DNA of 63,799 nucleotides from Elusimicrobiota bacterium (GTDB lineage Bacteria; Elusimicrobiota; UBA8919): contig JACRDL010000045.1 of assembly GCA_016218625.1 (NCBI GenBank), forward strand, positions 1-63,799, given 5' to 3'. The translations under genes were made by a program, and so were the position numbers. Every line of letters starts with the position of its first letter. Position 1 is the stretch's first letter. The notes beneath the pieces were generated by a model. It searched no databases. It was given only the letters and a program-made list of their open reading frames with translations, and was not told where the DNA came from. Below are positions 1 through 9,523 of this stretch, in pieces.

Positions 1-1
1 C

Positions 2-145
2 AATCTTCTTATTTCAAAATATGCAGTGGACTCAAAACGGCTGAAAGCGGTGGGTTACGGCGAAGAAAAACCGATTACGGATAATAAAACGGATGCCGGC
101 AGAGAACAAAACAGAAGAGTGGAAATCATAATACTTAAAAAGTAA
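2..145 (+). CDS. OmpA-family peptidoglycan-binding protein, C-terminal fragment (5' end outside window)
   Basis: Frame reads ...RLKAVGYGEEKPITDNKTDAGREQNRRVEIIILKK-stop. GYGE...NRRVEI is the OmpA C-terminal signature. TAA 143-145 overlaps the next ATG. Confidence 0.7.
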   Translation, partial: NLLISKYAVDSKRLKAVGYGEEKPITDNKTDAGREQNRRVEIIILKK

Positions 146-981
146 TGACAGGGTTTAAAAAAATAATTTTGTCGGTTTTTATAATAATAATTTCTCTGAT
201 AATTATTTTTACGGTTGTAATAAAATTAGTTTTTCCGTCAAAACTTTTGAAAAATTATGTGCAGGGAAGAATCTCGTATATTTCCGGAGCTAAAACCGAG
301 TTAAAAGATATATCGGTCGGCTTAAGTGGGATTAAACTGATTGATATTACGATATCATTGCCGGATGTATTTGAATTAAAAATTGAAAAAATAATAATTT
401 CCCCCAATTTATTCCCGTTTCCGAGAAAGCAGGTTGCTTTTAACGAAATAAAAATAATAAAACCAAAAATTAAAATTTGGAAAGGGTTTAGAAATTTCAA
501 AACAAAAAAAAGCATTTTACGCTCCGGACACACATTAGTTTTAAGCAGATTAAAGATTGAAAACGGAAGTTTTTATTGCGGCGAACTTGAAATTTCTGAC
601 ATTCAAATTGATATAAAAAATGCATCAATTATCGGCGTCTTCCCGATAGAAATATTTTTTAATATGAAAGGTGCTGAATCATATATTGATGCCGAGTATG
701 ATTTCCAAAAACAGTATCTTAAAATAAAGAACGCAGTTTTTAAAAGCGATAAAAAAAATATAATAATTTCGGGTAGTATTGAAAAACTCGTGAACCCGGA
801 TGAGGCGAAGTTTGATGTCAGTGTCAAGGGTAGCGGAGAATTATTCAACAAAATTTTTCTGTCAAACCTCCGGCATAAAAAGAAAATTATCATTTTTAAT
901 AAGGGAAATATCAATCTAAAAATTCACAGCGATATTGATTCATTTCAGATACTAAATTTGCAGGGAGGTGATGTAAAATGA
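145..981 (+). CDS. hypothetical membrane-anchored protein (weak AsmA-like N-terminus)
   Basis: 278-aa ORF with one N-terminal TM helix (IILSVFIIIISLIIIFTVVI) followed by a beta-rich part. Family call is by eye only. Confidence 0.4.
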   Translation: MTGFKKIILSVFIIIISLIIIFTVVIKLVFPSKLLKNYVQGRISYISGAKTELKDISVGLSGIKLIDITISLPDVFELKIEKIIISPNLFPFPRKQVAFNEIKIIKPKIKIWKGFRNFKTKKSILRSGHTLVLSRLKIENGSFYCGELEISDIQIDIKNASIIGVFPIEIFFNMKGAESYIDAEYDFQKQYLKIKNAVFKSDKKNIIISGSIEKLVNPDEAKFDVSVKGSGELFNKIFLSNLRHKKKIIIFNKGNINLKIHSDIDSFQILNLQGGDVK

Positions 982-1199
982 TGGCAGTAATTGGCGGTAT
1001 TGTTGCGGTCTTAATCGGTGTTGTTTTGCTATTCGGCGGTCCGCTTTTTGGTATTCCTGTTTATATGTGGGATGACTTTAAGGTCTGTCTGAAAGGAACA
1101 CTCTCTTGCGGACTTGTGCTGGGCGGAATTCTCGCAGTTATAGCCGGTGTTTCGGCAATCAAGGACAGGGTAAAAGCGAAATCAGAGGAAAATAAATAA
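978..1199 (+). CDS. small membrane protein (two TM helices)
   Basis: 73-aa ORF with an ATGA overlap on the upstream stop. Hydrophobic G/V/L-rich helices. Confidence 0.4.
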   Translation: MMAVIGGIVAVLIGVVLLFGGPLFGIPVYMWDDFKVCLKGTLSCGLVLGGILAVIAGVSAIKDRVKAKSEENK

Positions 1200-2195
1200 T
1201 TGAAAATATCTCAACTTGGCGAGTTTGGTTTAATAGAAAGAATAAGAGAGAAAAACAAAAAAGCGGTTCATCATTCCGGAACGGTTACCGGCATAGGTGA
1301 CGATTGCGCTGTCGTAAAATGCAGTCACAGTGAGTATTTTCTTTTTACAACAGACACGCTTGTGGAAAATATCCATTTTTCAAAAAAATATTACAGTTTT
1401 TTTGATATCGGATATAAATCACTTGCCGTTAACCTTTCCGATATCGCTGCGATGGGAGGTCTGCCGCTTTACGCTCTTGTAACCGCCGGTTTTCCTGCTG
1501 AAACGAAAATTGAAGACGCAGATGAAATTTATCGCGCAATTCGTAAACTTGCTTCCGAGTTCAATGTTGAAATTATAGGAGGAGATACCGTTAAGTCCCC
1601 ATCCGCTTTAATAATTTCAATTACACTTATAGGAAAGGCGATTTACGGTTCGGGTATAAAAAGAAGCGGCGCAAAAGTGGGCGATTTAATTTTCACAACT
1701 GGAAATTTTGGTGATTCTTCGGCAGGACTTTATTTGCTTCAAAAAGATATTTCGGGCTACAAAGAACTTAAAAAAAGGCATCTGAATCCCTACCCGCGAA
1801 TTAAAGAAGGACTTTTTATCGCAAAATCCGGTTTTGCAACTTCAATGATTGATTCTTCCGACGGGTTTGACAAGTCAGTCCGTTTTATTTGTCAGGAATC
1901 AAAAGCCGGCTGTGAAATATATCTTGATAAAATTCCTGTTTCCGAATCACTCAAAAAATTTATTACCACTTACCACTTATCGCAGGATAAATCCTGCGAC
2001 TACATTAATTACTGTCTTTTTGGTGGCGAAGAATATGAACTGCTCTTTACCATCCCTCCCAGTAAAAAACCATATTTTAAAAAAAGATTTTATGAAGTAG
2101 GGAAAATTACAGAAAACAAAAAAGTTATTTACCTTGATTCAAACAATAAAAAAATCAACTTAAAAGATAAAGGGTATGATCATTTTAAGAAATAA
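1200..2195 (+). CDS. thiL: thiamine-monophosphate kinase
   Basis: AIR-synthase-like motifs GIGDDCAVV, LSDIAAMGG and EIIGGDT. TTG start directly after the upstream stop. Confidence 0.85.
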   Translation: MKISQLGEFGLIERIREKNKKAVHHSGTVTGIGDDCAVVKCSHSEYFLFTTDTLVENIHFSKKYYSFFDIGYKSLAVNLSDIAAMGGLPLYALVTAGFPAETKIEDADEIYRAIRKLASEFNVEIIGGDTVKSPSALIISITLIGKAIYGSGIKRSGAKVGDLIFTTGNFGDSSAGLYLLQKDISGYKELKKRHLNPYPRIKEGLFIAKSGFATSMIDSSDGFDKSVRFICQESKAGCEIYLDKIPVSESLKKFITTYHLSQDKSCDYINYCLFGGEEYELLFTIPPSKKPYFKKRFYEVGKITENKKVIYLDSNNKKINLKDKGYDHFKK

Positions 2196-3732
2196 TTTTT
2201 CAAAATTGTTGTTTTTAAGTTTTTTATGCTTTATTCTTTTTTTGCCGTTTTTTAATAAAGCAATTTCCGGCGATTCAATTTTTTACATTTACACTGCAAA
2301 ACAGATTTTGAGAGAATCATTTAAACCGTTTGATTTTCAAATAAACTGTGCCGAAAAAAATTATTACGGGTGGGATGTTGCCAATAATCCGCCGTTGGTT
2401 TCATACCTCATTGCCGGTAGTATAAAAATTTTTGGCGAAAATGAAAAAATAATGCATTTTGTTTTTTTTGGTTTTACGCTATTTGCCGTTATTGGTATGT
2501 ATTTGCTTTCTAAAGAATTAAAAATAGATCCGTTTTTTTACGCACTTTTTTTAATAGCAAGTCCGGCATTTTTTGTGAATGCTACCGATATTATGCTTGA
2601 TATTCCGATGCTCGCGTTTTCAATATGGGGTATCTATTTTGTAATTAAGGAAAAGGCGCTCGGCTGGATTTTACTTGGTTTGGCGGTTCTTATAAAATTT
2701 GTAGCGATTATAAATTTGCCGGTTGTCTTCGCATGGTTTTTACTTAATAAAAAACTAAAAAAAAATCTTATATTTTTTTTGATTCCGATTTTATTTTTAA
2801 TTGCCTGGTCAGTGCATAATAAATTAGTTTATGGTGAAATTCAAATTTTTAAAAAATCACTATCAGTAGGACTGTTTTTTGGTATCGTCAAAGAAATCCC
2901 GCTTTTAACCTACATTGGAGGCGCCTTTATTTTTCCTTTGAGTATTTTATGGCTTAGTTTCAAATACAATAAAGTTTATATTTGGTTTTTTATAATTTTA
3001 TTTTCAGTTGCAAATCTTTTTTTTAATTTACTCGGCTATTCTAATCTTCAAAATCTGCTTCTTGGCGTTTTTATATCTTCATCAGTTATATTTATTTTTA
3101 TTTTTGCGGAGCATCTTAAAAAAACAAATTTCCAAAACGAAACAGTTTTTCTTGTAGCGTGGTTTTTGATATATTTTCTTTTTTTTGCATCCGTTTCTGC
3201 GATAATTGCGGTAAGATATCTTTTGCCTCTTTTACCGCCTGCAATAATGCTATTGGTAAAAATATCGGAAAAAGTATCAGGCAGAAAAGTTTTTTTGACA
3301 ATAACGGTTACCGCAGGAATTATCTTGTCGTTATTTCTTGCCCATTCCGACTATGTTCTTGCTAATTCATACAGAGACATTTCCCGGTATATTAAAAATA
3401 ATTATTCAAATAAAAACATTTATTTTACGGGTCATCTTGGTTTTCAATATTATATGGAAAAAAACGGTTTTTTAGCAGTTGATTCGAACGAAAAAGCATA
3501 TCCGAAAAATTCAATTTTAGTTAATCCGGTTTTCCCTGTTCCGCAGAAAATTCATAAAGACGTTATAAAAAAATTAAAATTTATCGGAGAAAAATATGTA
3601 TTTACAAAAAATCCGTTTAGAACAATGAATCCCTCCGCAAATGCGGGATTTCACTTAAATATGTACGGTCTTCTGCCGTATTCATTTTCAAAAATGTCGT
3701 TAGAAAAATTTACAATTTATAAAATACAATGA
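2176..3732 (+). CDS. polytopic GT-C-type glycosyltransferase (ArnT/PMT family-like)
   Basis: 518 aa with more than 10 TM helices. The N-terminal loop (YYGWDVANNPPLVSYL) resembles the ArnT/PMT_2 family. Overlaps the thiL end. Confidence 0.55.
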   Translation: MIILRNNFSKLLFLSFLCFILFLPFFNKAISGDSIFYIYTAKQILRESFKPFDFQINCAEKNYYGWDVANNPPLVSYLIAGSIKIFGENEKIMHFVFFGFTLFAVIGMYLLSKELKIDPFFYALFLIASPAFFVNATDIMLDIPMLAFSIWGIYFVIKEKALGWILLGLAVLIKFVAIINLPVVFAWFLLNKKLKKNLIFFLIPILFLIAWSVHNKLVYGEIQIFKKSLSVGLFFGIVKEIPLLTYIGGAFIFPLSILWLSFKYNKVYIWFFIILFSVANLFFNLLGYSNLQNLLLGVFISSSVIFIFIFAEHLKKTNFQNETVFLVAWFLIYFLFFASVSAIIAVRYLLPLLPPAIMLLVKISEKVSGRKVFLTITVTAGIILSLFLAHSDYVLANSYRDISRYIKNNYSNKNIYFTGHLGFQYYMEKNGFLAVDSNEKAYPKNSILVNPVFPVPQKIHKDVIKKLKFIGEKYVFTKNPFRTMNPSANAGFHLNMYGLLPYSFSKMSLEKFTIYKIQ

Positions 3733-5708
3733 TGAAAAAATATTTCAAATTATTTTTTATAAGTTTTGCGGCACTTTTTTTAGAAATTGCATGCATCAGA
3801 TGGTTCAACTCCAATGTTGTTATGCTTTCTTATTTTTCCAACTTTGTCTTGCTTGCATGTTTTTTAGGGCTGGGTATCGGGATGCTTCTTGTATCCAAAA
3901 AGATGGATTTCATAGTTTTATTTCCTTCATTTTTTTTAATTTTGTGTGTTATATTCTGGAAAGTTATCATCAGATTGACGGTTAATTCCGATATAAGCGT
4001 ATATTTTACCGCGTCAGGTTTTGCCAAAGGCGTGCCGTTGTATAATGCCAGCGCATGGTGGTTTCTCCCCGTTATTTTTATACTTGCAACTGTAATGTTT
4101 ATTTCTGTCGGGCAGGAGGTCGGCAGGGCATTTTCCGGCATTAAACCGCTTGTCGCTTACATAATAAATATCTGTGGAGCAATTCTTGGCGTCGGATTAT
4201 TTACAGCAATTTCATTTTTTAACAGTTCACCTCTTGTGTGGTTTGTGATTGCCTTTTTGTGCCTTTTGCCTTATCTGTACAAAAAACGGCTTTTCTATTT
4301 TAATGTTCTCGCGTTTATATTATCATTTTTTTTCATTTGGATGATAAGTTATGGCGCAATTTTTTCGCCTTATTATAGAATTGATGTAATCAATAATGTC
4401 AACGGTGTGATAGTCAACGGAATCCCCCATCAGATAATGCTTAATATAGACAAAGAGTTTGTCAATAACTATGAATTTCCGTATAAACTTGTAAAAAAAC
4501 CAAAAAAGGTCTTGATACTCGGCGCCGGTACCGGAAATGATGCGGCAGTTGCATTAAAAAACGGCGCTGAAAAAATAGATGCTGTTGAAATAGATCCTGT
4601 GATTATTGAAATAGGAAATCGGCACCCGAATAAACCCTATCAAAATAAAAAAGTAAAAATTTTTAATGATGATGCCCGGGCTTTTCTTAAAAAATCGGAC
4701 GAAAAATATGATTTGATAATTTTTGCCCTGATTGATTCGCTGACTGTATTTTCGCAATTTTCGTCGGTGCGTCTTGAAAATTTTGTTTTTACAAAGGATG
4801 CTTTTGAGGACGTAAAAAGGCATTTAACCGACGATGGTGTTGTTGTTATATATAATCAGTTCAGAAAAATCTGGCTCGTTGAGCGCCTATCAAAAATGCT
4901 TGAAGAAACTTTCGGCAAAAAAACAATTGTCTACAATGAACAGGAAAAAGAGCACTTCGCTGTATTGTTTAACGGTCCGGGAATTGAGAAAATAAATTTT
5001 CCCCAAAAAGCGGAATTATTTCCGAAGCAAAAAGTTCCGTTGTTTTTAACATTAAATTACCATATTAAATCAACAACCGACAACTGGCCATTTTTGTATC
5101 TTAAAAATCCGACAATTCCGAAACATTATGTTATGGCTATTTTTATGGTATTATTTTTTGCTGCCTTACTTGTTTATGTGTCGTCGGATGTTTCTTACGG
5201 TATAAACAACCATTTCTTTTTTCTCGGTGCGGGTTTTATGATTTTGGAAACATCTGCGATTATCAGAATGGCGATTTTACTTGGCTCAACATGGATTGTA
5301 AATTCGGTTGTGATAATCGCGATTTTGGTTATGGCTTTTTTTGCAACATATTTTACAAAAGTAATATCTGTGCAAAATAACAAAAAATATTATATTTTTC
5401 TGTTTTTAATTATAATCGCAAATATTATTATTCCGCTAAAAACATTTTTAATTTTTCCGCAATATATAAGAATTTTTCTTTCAGCAATTTTATTGTTTCT
5501 ACCGGTATTTTTTTCGGGAGTAATTTTTGCCACATCATTTTCTAAATCGGAAAACCCGCCGTCATCTTTAGGCTCAAATTTAATCGGTTCAATGTTCGGC
5601 GGCTGTTTGGAATACATCTCGTTAAAATACGGTTATAGTTCGTTGATGATTCTTTTGCTGGGGGTATATCTTGTTTCAATTAAAAACTTTAAGTGGAAAT
5701 TCAGATAA
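3729..5708 (+). CDS. membrane-embedded spermidine-synthase-like (SpeE-fold) protein
   Basis: 659 aa. TM bundles flank a Rossmann core (VLILGAGTGNDA, IDAVEIDP, YDLIIFALID) typical of aminopropyl/methyltransferases. Confidence 0.6.
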   Translation: MMKKYFKLFFISFAALFLEIACIRWFNSNVVMLSYFSNFVLLACFLGLGIGMLLVSKKMDFIVLFPSFFLILCVIFWKVIIRLTVNSDISVYFTASGFAKGVPLYNASAWWFLPVIFILATVMFISVGQEVGRAFSGIKPLVAYIINICGAILGVGLFTAISFFNSSPLVWFVIAFLCLLPYLYKKRLFYFNVLAFILSFFFIWMISYGAIFSPYYRIDVINNVNGVIVNGIPHQIMLNIDKEFVNNYEFPYKLVKKPKKVLILGAGTGNDAAVALKNGAEKIDAVEIDPVIIEIGNRHPNKPYQNKKVKIFNDDARAFLKKSDEKYDLIIFALIDSLTVFSQFSSVRLENFVFTKDAFEDVKRHLTDDGVVVIYNQFRKIWLVERLSKMLEETFGKKTIVYNEQEKEHFAVLFNGPGIEKINFPQKAELFPKQKVPLFLTLNYHIKSTTDNWPFLYLKNPTIPKHYVMAIFMVLFFAALLVYVSSDVSYGINNHFFFLGAGFMILETSAIIRMAILLGSTWIVNSVVIIAILVMAFFATYFTKVISVQNNKKYYIFLFLIIIANIIIPLKTFLIFPQYIRIFLSAILLFLPVFFSGVIFATSFSKSENPPSSLGSNLIGSMFGGCLEYISLKYGYSSLMILLLGVYLVSIKNFKWKFR

Positions 5709-7134
5709 AATTGTTTTTCCTATATTTGCATTTGTATTAGCAGTTTTTTTGATTTTGCTTATTTTTCATCGTGAGGTTGTTATTGATGAAGGAGTTTATC
5801 TTTATGCAGGTAAATTAGTGTCTGAAGGTAAAATTCCTTATTTGGATTTCGCACATGTTCAGGGGCCTTTATTTCCATTTTTTTACGGAATTATAAATTT
5901 ATTGATTGGAAGCGATATTTTTATTAACAGGATTATTACAGCATTTTTCGGTTTCTGTGGACTTATTTTTGCCGGTTTGATTGTAAGGAAAATCGGAGGC
6001 AATATCGCTGCGATTATATTTTTTTTATTCTGTCTCACAAGTGTTTATATGTTGAGTCATTATGTTGTTGTTGCCACATATGGGATAACTGCTTTTTTTC
6101 TTTATCTGGCAATTTATCTTGCACTTAATAAAAACTGCATTTTTTTATCATATTTTTTTTTAGGAATTACGCTGTCAATTCGTTTGAGCACTGCCATATT
6201 GGTTCCGGTTTTCATTTTTTATTTTATAATTAGTAATAAGAAAAAAACAAAAATTTCTTTAGAGTATTCGTTAATTTTAATTTTACTTTTTTGTGCAATT
6301 TTTTTACCGTTTATTATTAAAGCACCCAATGTATTTTTTTATAATATACTTGGCAAACATCTTACCATTTTAAGCATAAAACAAAGATTATTGATGACCG
6401 GCAGTGTGTTTTTTGCAAATATTAAAGATTACGCAGTTTTATTGCTGGTAACCCTATTGAGTTTTTTGTCTCTTATTAAGACAAGCACCGAAAATTTCAG
6501 TAAATTTCTTTTTCTTTTTTTGGTGTTTATCTTTTTATTTATTGCCAATCTTTTGCCAGTAGCAAGCCGTGGGAGTTATTATAATTCTCTTAATCTACCG
6601 ATATTATTTATGATAATTGGATTAGCAACGGCAAAGATGATAAAGACCGAAAAAAAAATAGCGGCTGTAATTCCGATTATACTTTTTATGAATTTTGCCG
6701 AGCAATCCGTACTGGTGAAAAAACATAAACTTATATCGGAAGAAAATGCAATGACAAAGATAAAAGAAGAAGCAAAATTTATAGAGATGGACATATTACC
6801 AAGCAGGAATCTATTGACATTTAGTACTCTTTTAACAGTTCAATCAAACCTGAATATACCGATTGAGTTTGCAGAAGATTGTTTTTCGTATAAAGGCGAT
6901 TGGTTGACCGATAAATGCAAAAAGTATAAAAGAGTAAATAACGAAATTTTTATGGATTATGTTTCAGATAAAGGAATAAGGTTAATTGCTCTTGGTGATT
7001 TTGACTTATATCAATTTGGAGAAAATAAAAAAATCATATTACAGAAAATGGAGAAATCAGGATTTACTTATGTTAAAAAAATTGAAAATTTCGGCCAGTG
7101 GCATGACAATCTTTATATTTTTACGAGGAAGTGA
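5671..7134 (+). CDS. polytopic GT-C-like membrane protein
   Basis: 487 aa, multi-TM. The first loop (IDEGVYLYAGKLVSEGKIPYLDF) is like PMT_2/GT-C families. The TTG start is uncertain. Confidence 0.45.
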   Translation: MFQLKTLSGNSDKIVFPIFAFVLAVFLILLIFHREVVIDEGVYLYAGKLVSEGKIPYLDFAHVQGPLFPFFYGIINLLIGSDIFINRIITAFFGFCGLIFAGLIVRKIGGNIAAIIFFLFCLTSVYMLSHYVVVATYGITAFFLYLAIYLALNKNCIFLSYFFLGITLSIRLSTAILVPVFIFYFIISNKKKTKISLEYSLILILLFCAIFLPFIIKAPNVFFYNILGKHLTILSIKQRLLMTGSVFFANIKDYAVLLLVTLLSFLSLIKTSTENFSKFLFLFLVFIFLFIANLLPVASRGSYYNSLNLPILFMIIGLATAKMIKTEKKIAAVIPIILFMNFAEQSVLVKKHKLISEENAMTKIKEEAKFIEMDILPSRNLLTFSTLLTVQSNLNIPIEFAEDCFSYKGDWLTDKCKKYKRVNNEIFMDYVSDKGIRLIALGDFDLYQFGENKKIILQKMEKSGFTYVKKIENFGQWHDNLYIFTRK

Positions 7135-7631
7135 AAAAATTGAAATCTACAAGTGCTGAAGAAACAGAAAAAACAGGCAAAAAAATAGCCATGACAGTTA
7201 AACCATTTGATGTTATCTGTCTTTTTGGCTCACTTGGGGCAGGTAAAACTGTGTTTGTGCAAGGTATATGTAAAGGCCTCGCGGTTAAAGATTTTGTCAA
7301 CAGTCCTTCTTTTAAGATTGTTAACGAATACAGAGGAAAATTTCCGGTTTACCCCGAACCTCGTCAAAAACCCCGTTTTTCTAAGACGGGTATGGGTAAA
7401 CGGCAAAAATTTACGAGGTGCGGGGTTTATCATATTGATTTATATCGTTTGAATTCTGCAGGAGAAATAAATGATTTAGGACTTGACGAATATATTTATG
7501 GGAATGGAATTGCAATTATTGAATGGGCTGAAAAATTGGGCAAAAAAAATTTGCCGAAAAAAAGAATAGAAATTTATATAAAAATTAAAAGTGAAAATGA
7601 GAGAGAAATAAAATGGCGGCGATATCCATAG
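7131..7631 (+). CDS. tsaE: tRNA t6A37 biosynthesis ATPase TsaE, carrying an in-frame palindromic insertion
   Basis: Walker A GSLGAGKT, then SPSFKIVNEY ... VYHIDLYRL. About 25 extra residues lie between these conserved blocks. Confidence 0.8.
   Translation: MKKLKSTSAEETEKTGKKIAMTVKPFDVICLFGSLGAGKTVFVQGICKGLAVKDFVNSPSFKIVNEYRGKFPVYPEPRQKPRFSKTGMGKRQKFTRCGVYHIDLYRLNSAGEINDLGLDEYIYGNGIAIIEWAEKLGKKNLPKKRIEIYIKIKSENEREIKWRRYP
7348..7429. repeat. TTTACCCCG...CGGGGTTTA palindromic mini-element, copy 1 (in frame inside tsaE)
   Basis: ACCCCGAACCTCGT (7351-7364) and ACGAGGTGCGGGGT (7413-7426) are inverted repeats with 1 mismatch. There is an inner CCCGT/ACGGG stem. Confidence 0.75.
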
Positions 7632-9523
7632 TTTTATTATTAGCAATTTTGATTTTACATTTCAAGACAGTTTTTCTTTTTGGACTTTTTTCTGCCCATC
7701 AAGCAGGTGCGAATGATATTACAACTTTATATTTTCCGTCAAGATTTTTTTTCGGAAATTCTCTGCGTACAGGTGAATTCCCGCTGTGGAATAATAATAT
7801 GTTTTTGGGTTTTCCGATACATGCCGAGGGTCAGGGTGGTTTTTTTTACCCGCTAAATATTATTTTTGCAATTTTTCCTCAATGGATTGCGTATAATTAT
7901 ATTTTCCTAATGCATGTTTTTTTAGGCGGATTTTTTATGTATCTTTTTTTAAGAGAAATAAAACTGAAAAAAATACCGTCACTTTTGTCCTCGTTTATTT
8001 TTATTTTTTCTGGATTTTTTGCCTGCCACGCAGAGCATATGAATCTCTTCAATTCCTGTATCTGGATACCGCTCGGATTTCTTTTTGTTTTGAAAAAGCA
8101 ATATTTATGTTTATCATTGATTTTTGCCCTGCAACTTTTAACGGGTTTCCCGCAAATTGCTTTTTATTCGGGAATAATTTTGTTTTTCTGGCAGATATTT
8201 AATATCAGAAAGTTCAAAGAAATTGTTAGACTTTTTTTATCATCAATTTTAGGAATTTTAATCGCTTTTTGTCAGGTACTGCCCACAATTGAACTTATTC
8301 CTCATTCAATCAGAAGCAAAGGCATAAATCCGCATGATATGTTTTCATGGGGATATTATTTGAAGGATATGCTCTTGTTTATTCATCCATATATTTTCGG
8401 CAATCCTGTTTTAGGCACTTATACAAGAAAAGATAGCATTTTTTGCGAGAATTGTGTATTTATCGGAATTATGACGATATTACTTGTAATTTTAAGTATT
8501 ATAAAAAACAAAAGTTTGGGAGTGAAGCGAATTGGTTTCTTTGCCGGACTTTCTATCGGCATTATTGTTTTTTTATTGGTGTTTCCGATTATTTCTGATT
8601 TAGTTTTGTATATTCCGGGGTTTAAGTTTTTCCGTCTTCCCCAGCGTTTTTTGGTTTTTATAGTTTTTTCACTTTCAATTCTTGCTGCCTACGGTTTTCA
8701 GTCGTTGAAAAGATTAAAAATACCCGTTTTGTTTATTATTTTACTTGAACTTATTAACTTTGGTTCCGGATACAACAAAGTACTTGATATGGAATATTTT
8801 AATATCCCATATTCAGTTAAATTTCTTAAAAAAGATGCTGATATATTCAGGGTTTTTGTTCTTGATGCCGGCAAAAAAGCATGGATTTCGAACTATGTAT
8901 TATCCACAATGCCGGAGACAAATTATATTTCTCAGAAGGGTTATCTGAATTATTTGCCGCCGAATACAAACATAATTTTTGATATTCCGGTGTTAAATAT
9001 TTATTCTCCGCTTAAAGTTGTAGACGACTCCGAATATTCCGAATTGGCAAAATCAAATGTAAAATATATACTTTCATCGGCAAATTTAAGCGATAAAGAA
9101 TTTGTACTCGCCGAAAAGATTTATTTGCCTTTGTTTTTACCGTCCTTGAAAATTTACAAAAATAGAAATTATTTTTCGCATGCATTTTTTGAAGATGAAA
9201 AAAAACAAAAGAAAGAATCTTTAAGAATCTTACAGTACAGCAGCAATAAAGTTAAAATTGAAAAAAATATAAATTTTGCCGGCACAGTTACGCTTTTAGA
9301 TTTTAATTATCCAGGATGGTCTGTTTTCGTTGACGGTAGTAGTTCAAAAATGTATACAGCGAATGCAATGACTCGCTCGGTAAAAGTAAGCCGTAGTTCT
9401 AAAAAAATTGATTTTATTTTTTTGTCGGAGTCATTTATAGTCGGAGTTTGGATTTCGATATTCGCAATATTTGTGGTTTTTTGTGTTTTAGGTATATTTG
9501 ACTATGAAAATACTTGCTATTGA
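7613..9523 (+). CDS. YfhO-like polytopic membrane protein (putative glycosyltransferase)
   Basis: 636 aa. N-terminal multi-TM region with the GQGGFFYPLN loop, a large C-terminal extracytoplasmic part and a final TM helix. Confidence 0.5.
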   Translation: MAAISIVLLLAILILHFKTVFLFGLFSAHQAGANDITTLYFPSRFFFGNSLRTGEFPLWNNNMFLGFPIHAEGQGGFFYPLNIIFAIFPQWIAYNYIFLMHVFLGGFFMYLFLREIKLKKIPSLLSSFIFIFSGFFACHAEHMNLFNSCIWIPLGFLFVLKKQYLCLSLIFALQLLTGFPQIAFYSGIILFFWQIFNIRKFKEIVRLFLSSILGILIAFCQVLPTIELIPHSIRSKGINPHDMFSWGYYLKDMLLFIHPYIFGNPVLGTYTRKDSIFCENCVFIGIMTILLVILSIIKNKSLGVKRIGFFAGLSIGIIVFLLVFPIISDLVLYIPGFKFFRLPQRFLVFIVFSLSILAAYGFQSLKRLKIPVLFIILLELINFGSGYNKVLDMEYFNIPYSVKFLKKDADIFRVFVLDAGKKAWISNYVLSTMPETNYISQKGYLNYLPPNTNIIFDIPVLNIYSPLKVVDDSEYSELAKSNVKYILSSANLSDKEFVLAEKIYLPLFLPSLKIYKNRNYFSHAFFEDEKKQKKESLRILQYSSNKVKIEKNINFAGTVTLLDFNYPGWSVFVDGSSSKMYTANAMTRSVKVSRSSKKIDFIFLSESFIVGVWISIFAIFVVFCVLGIFDYENTCY

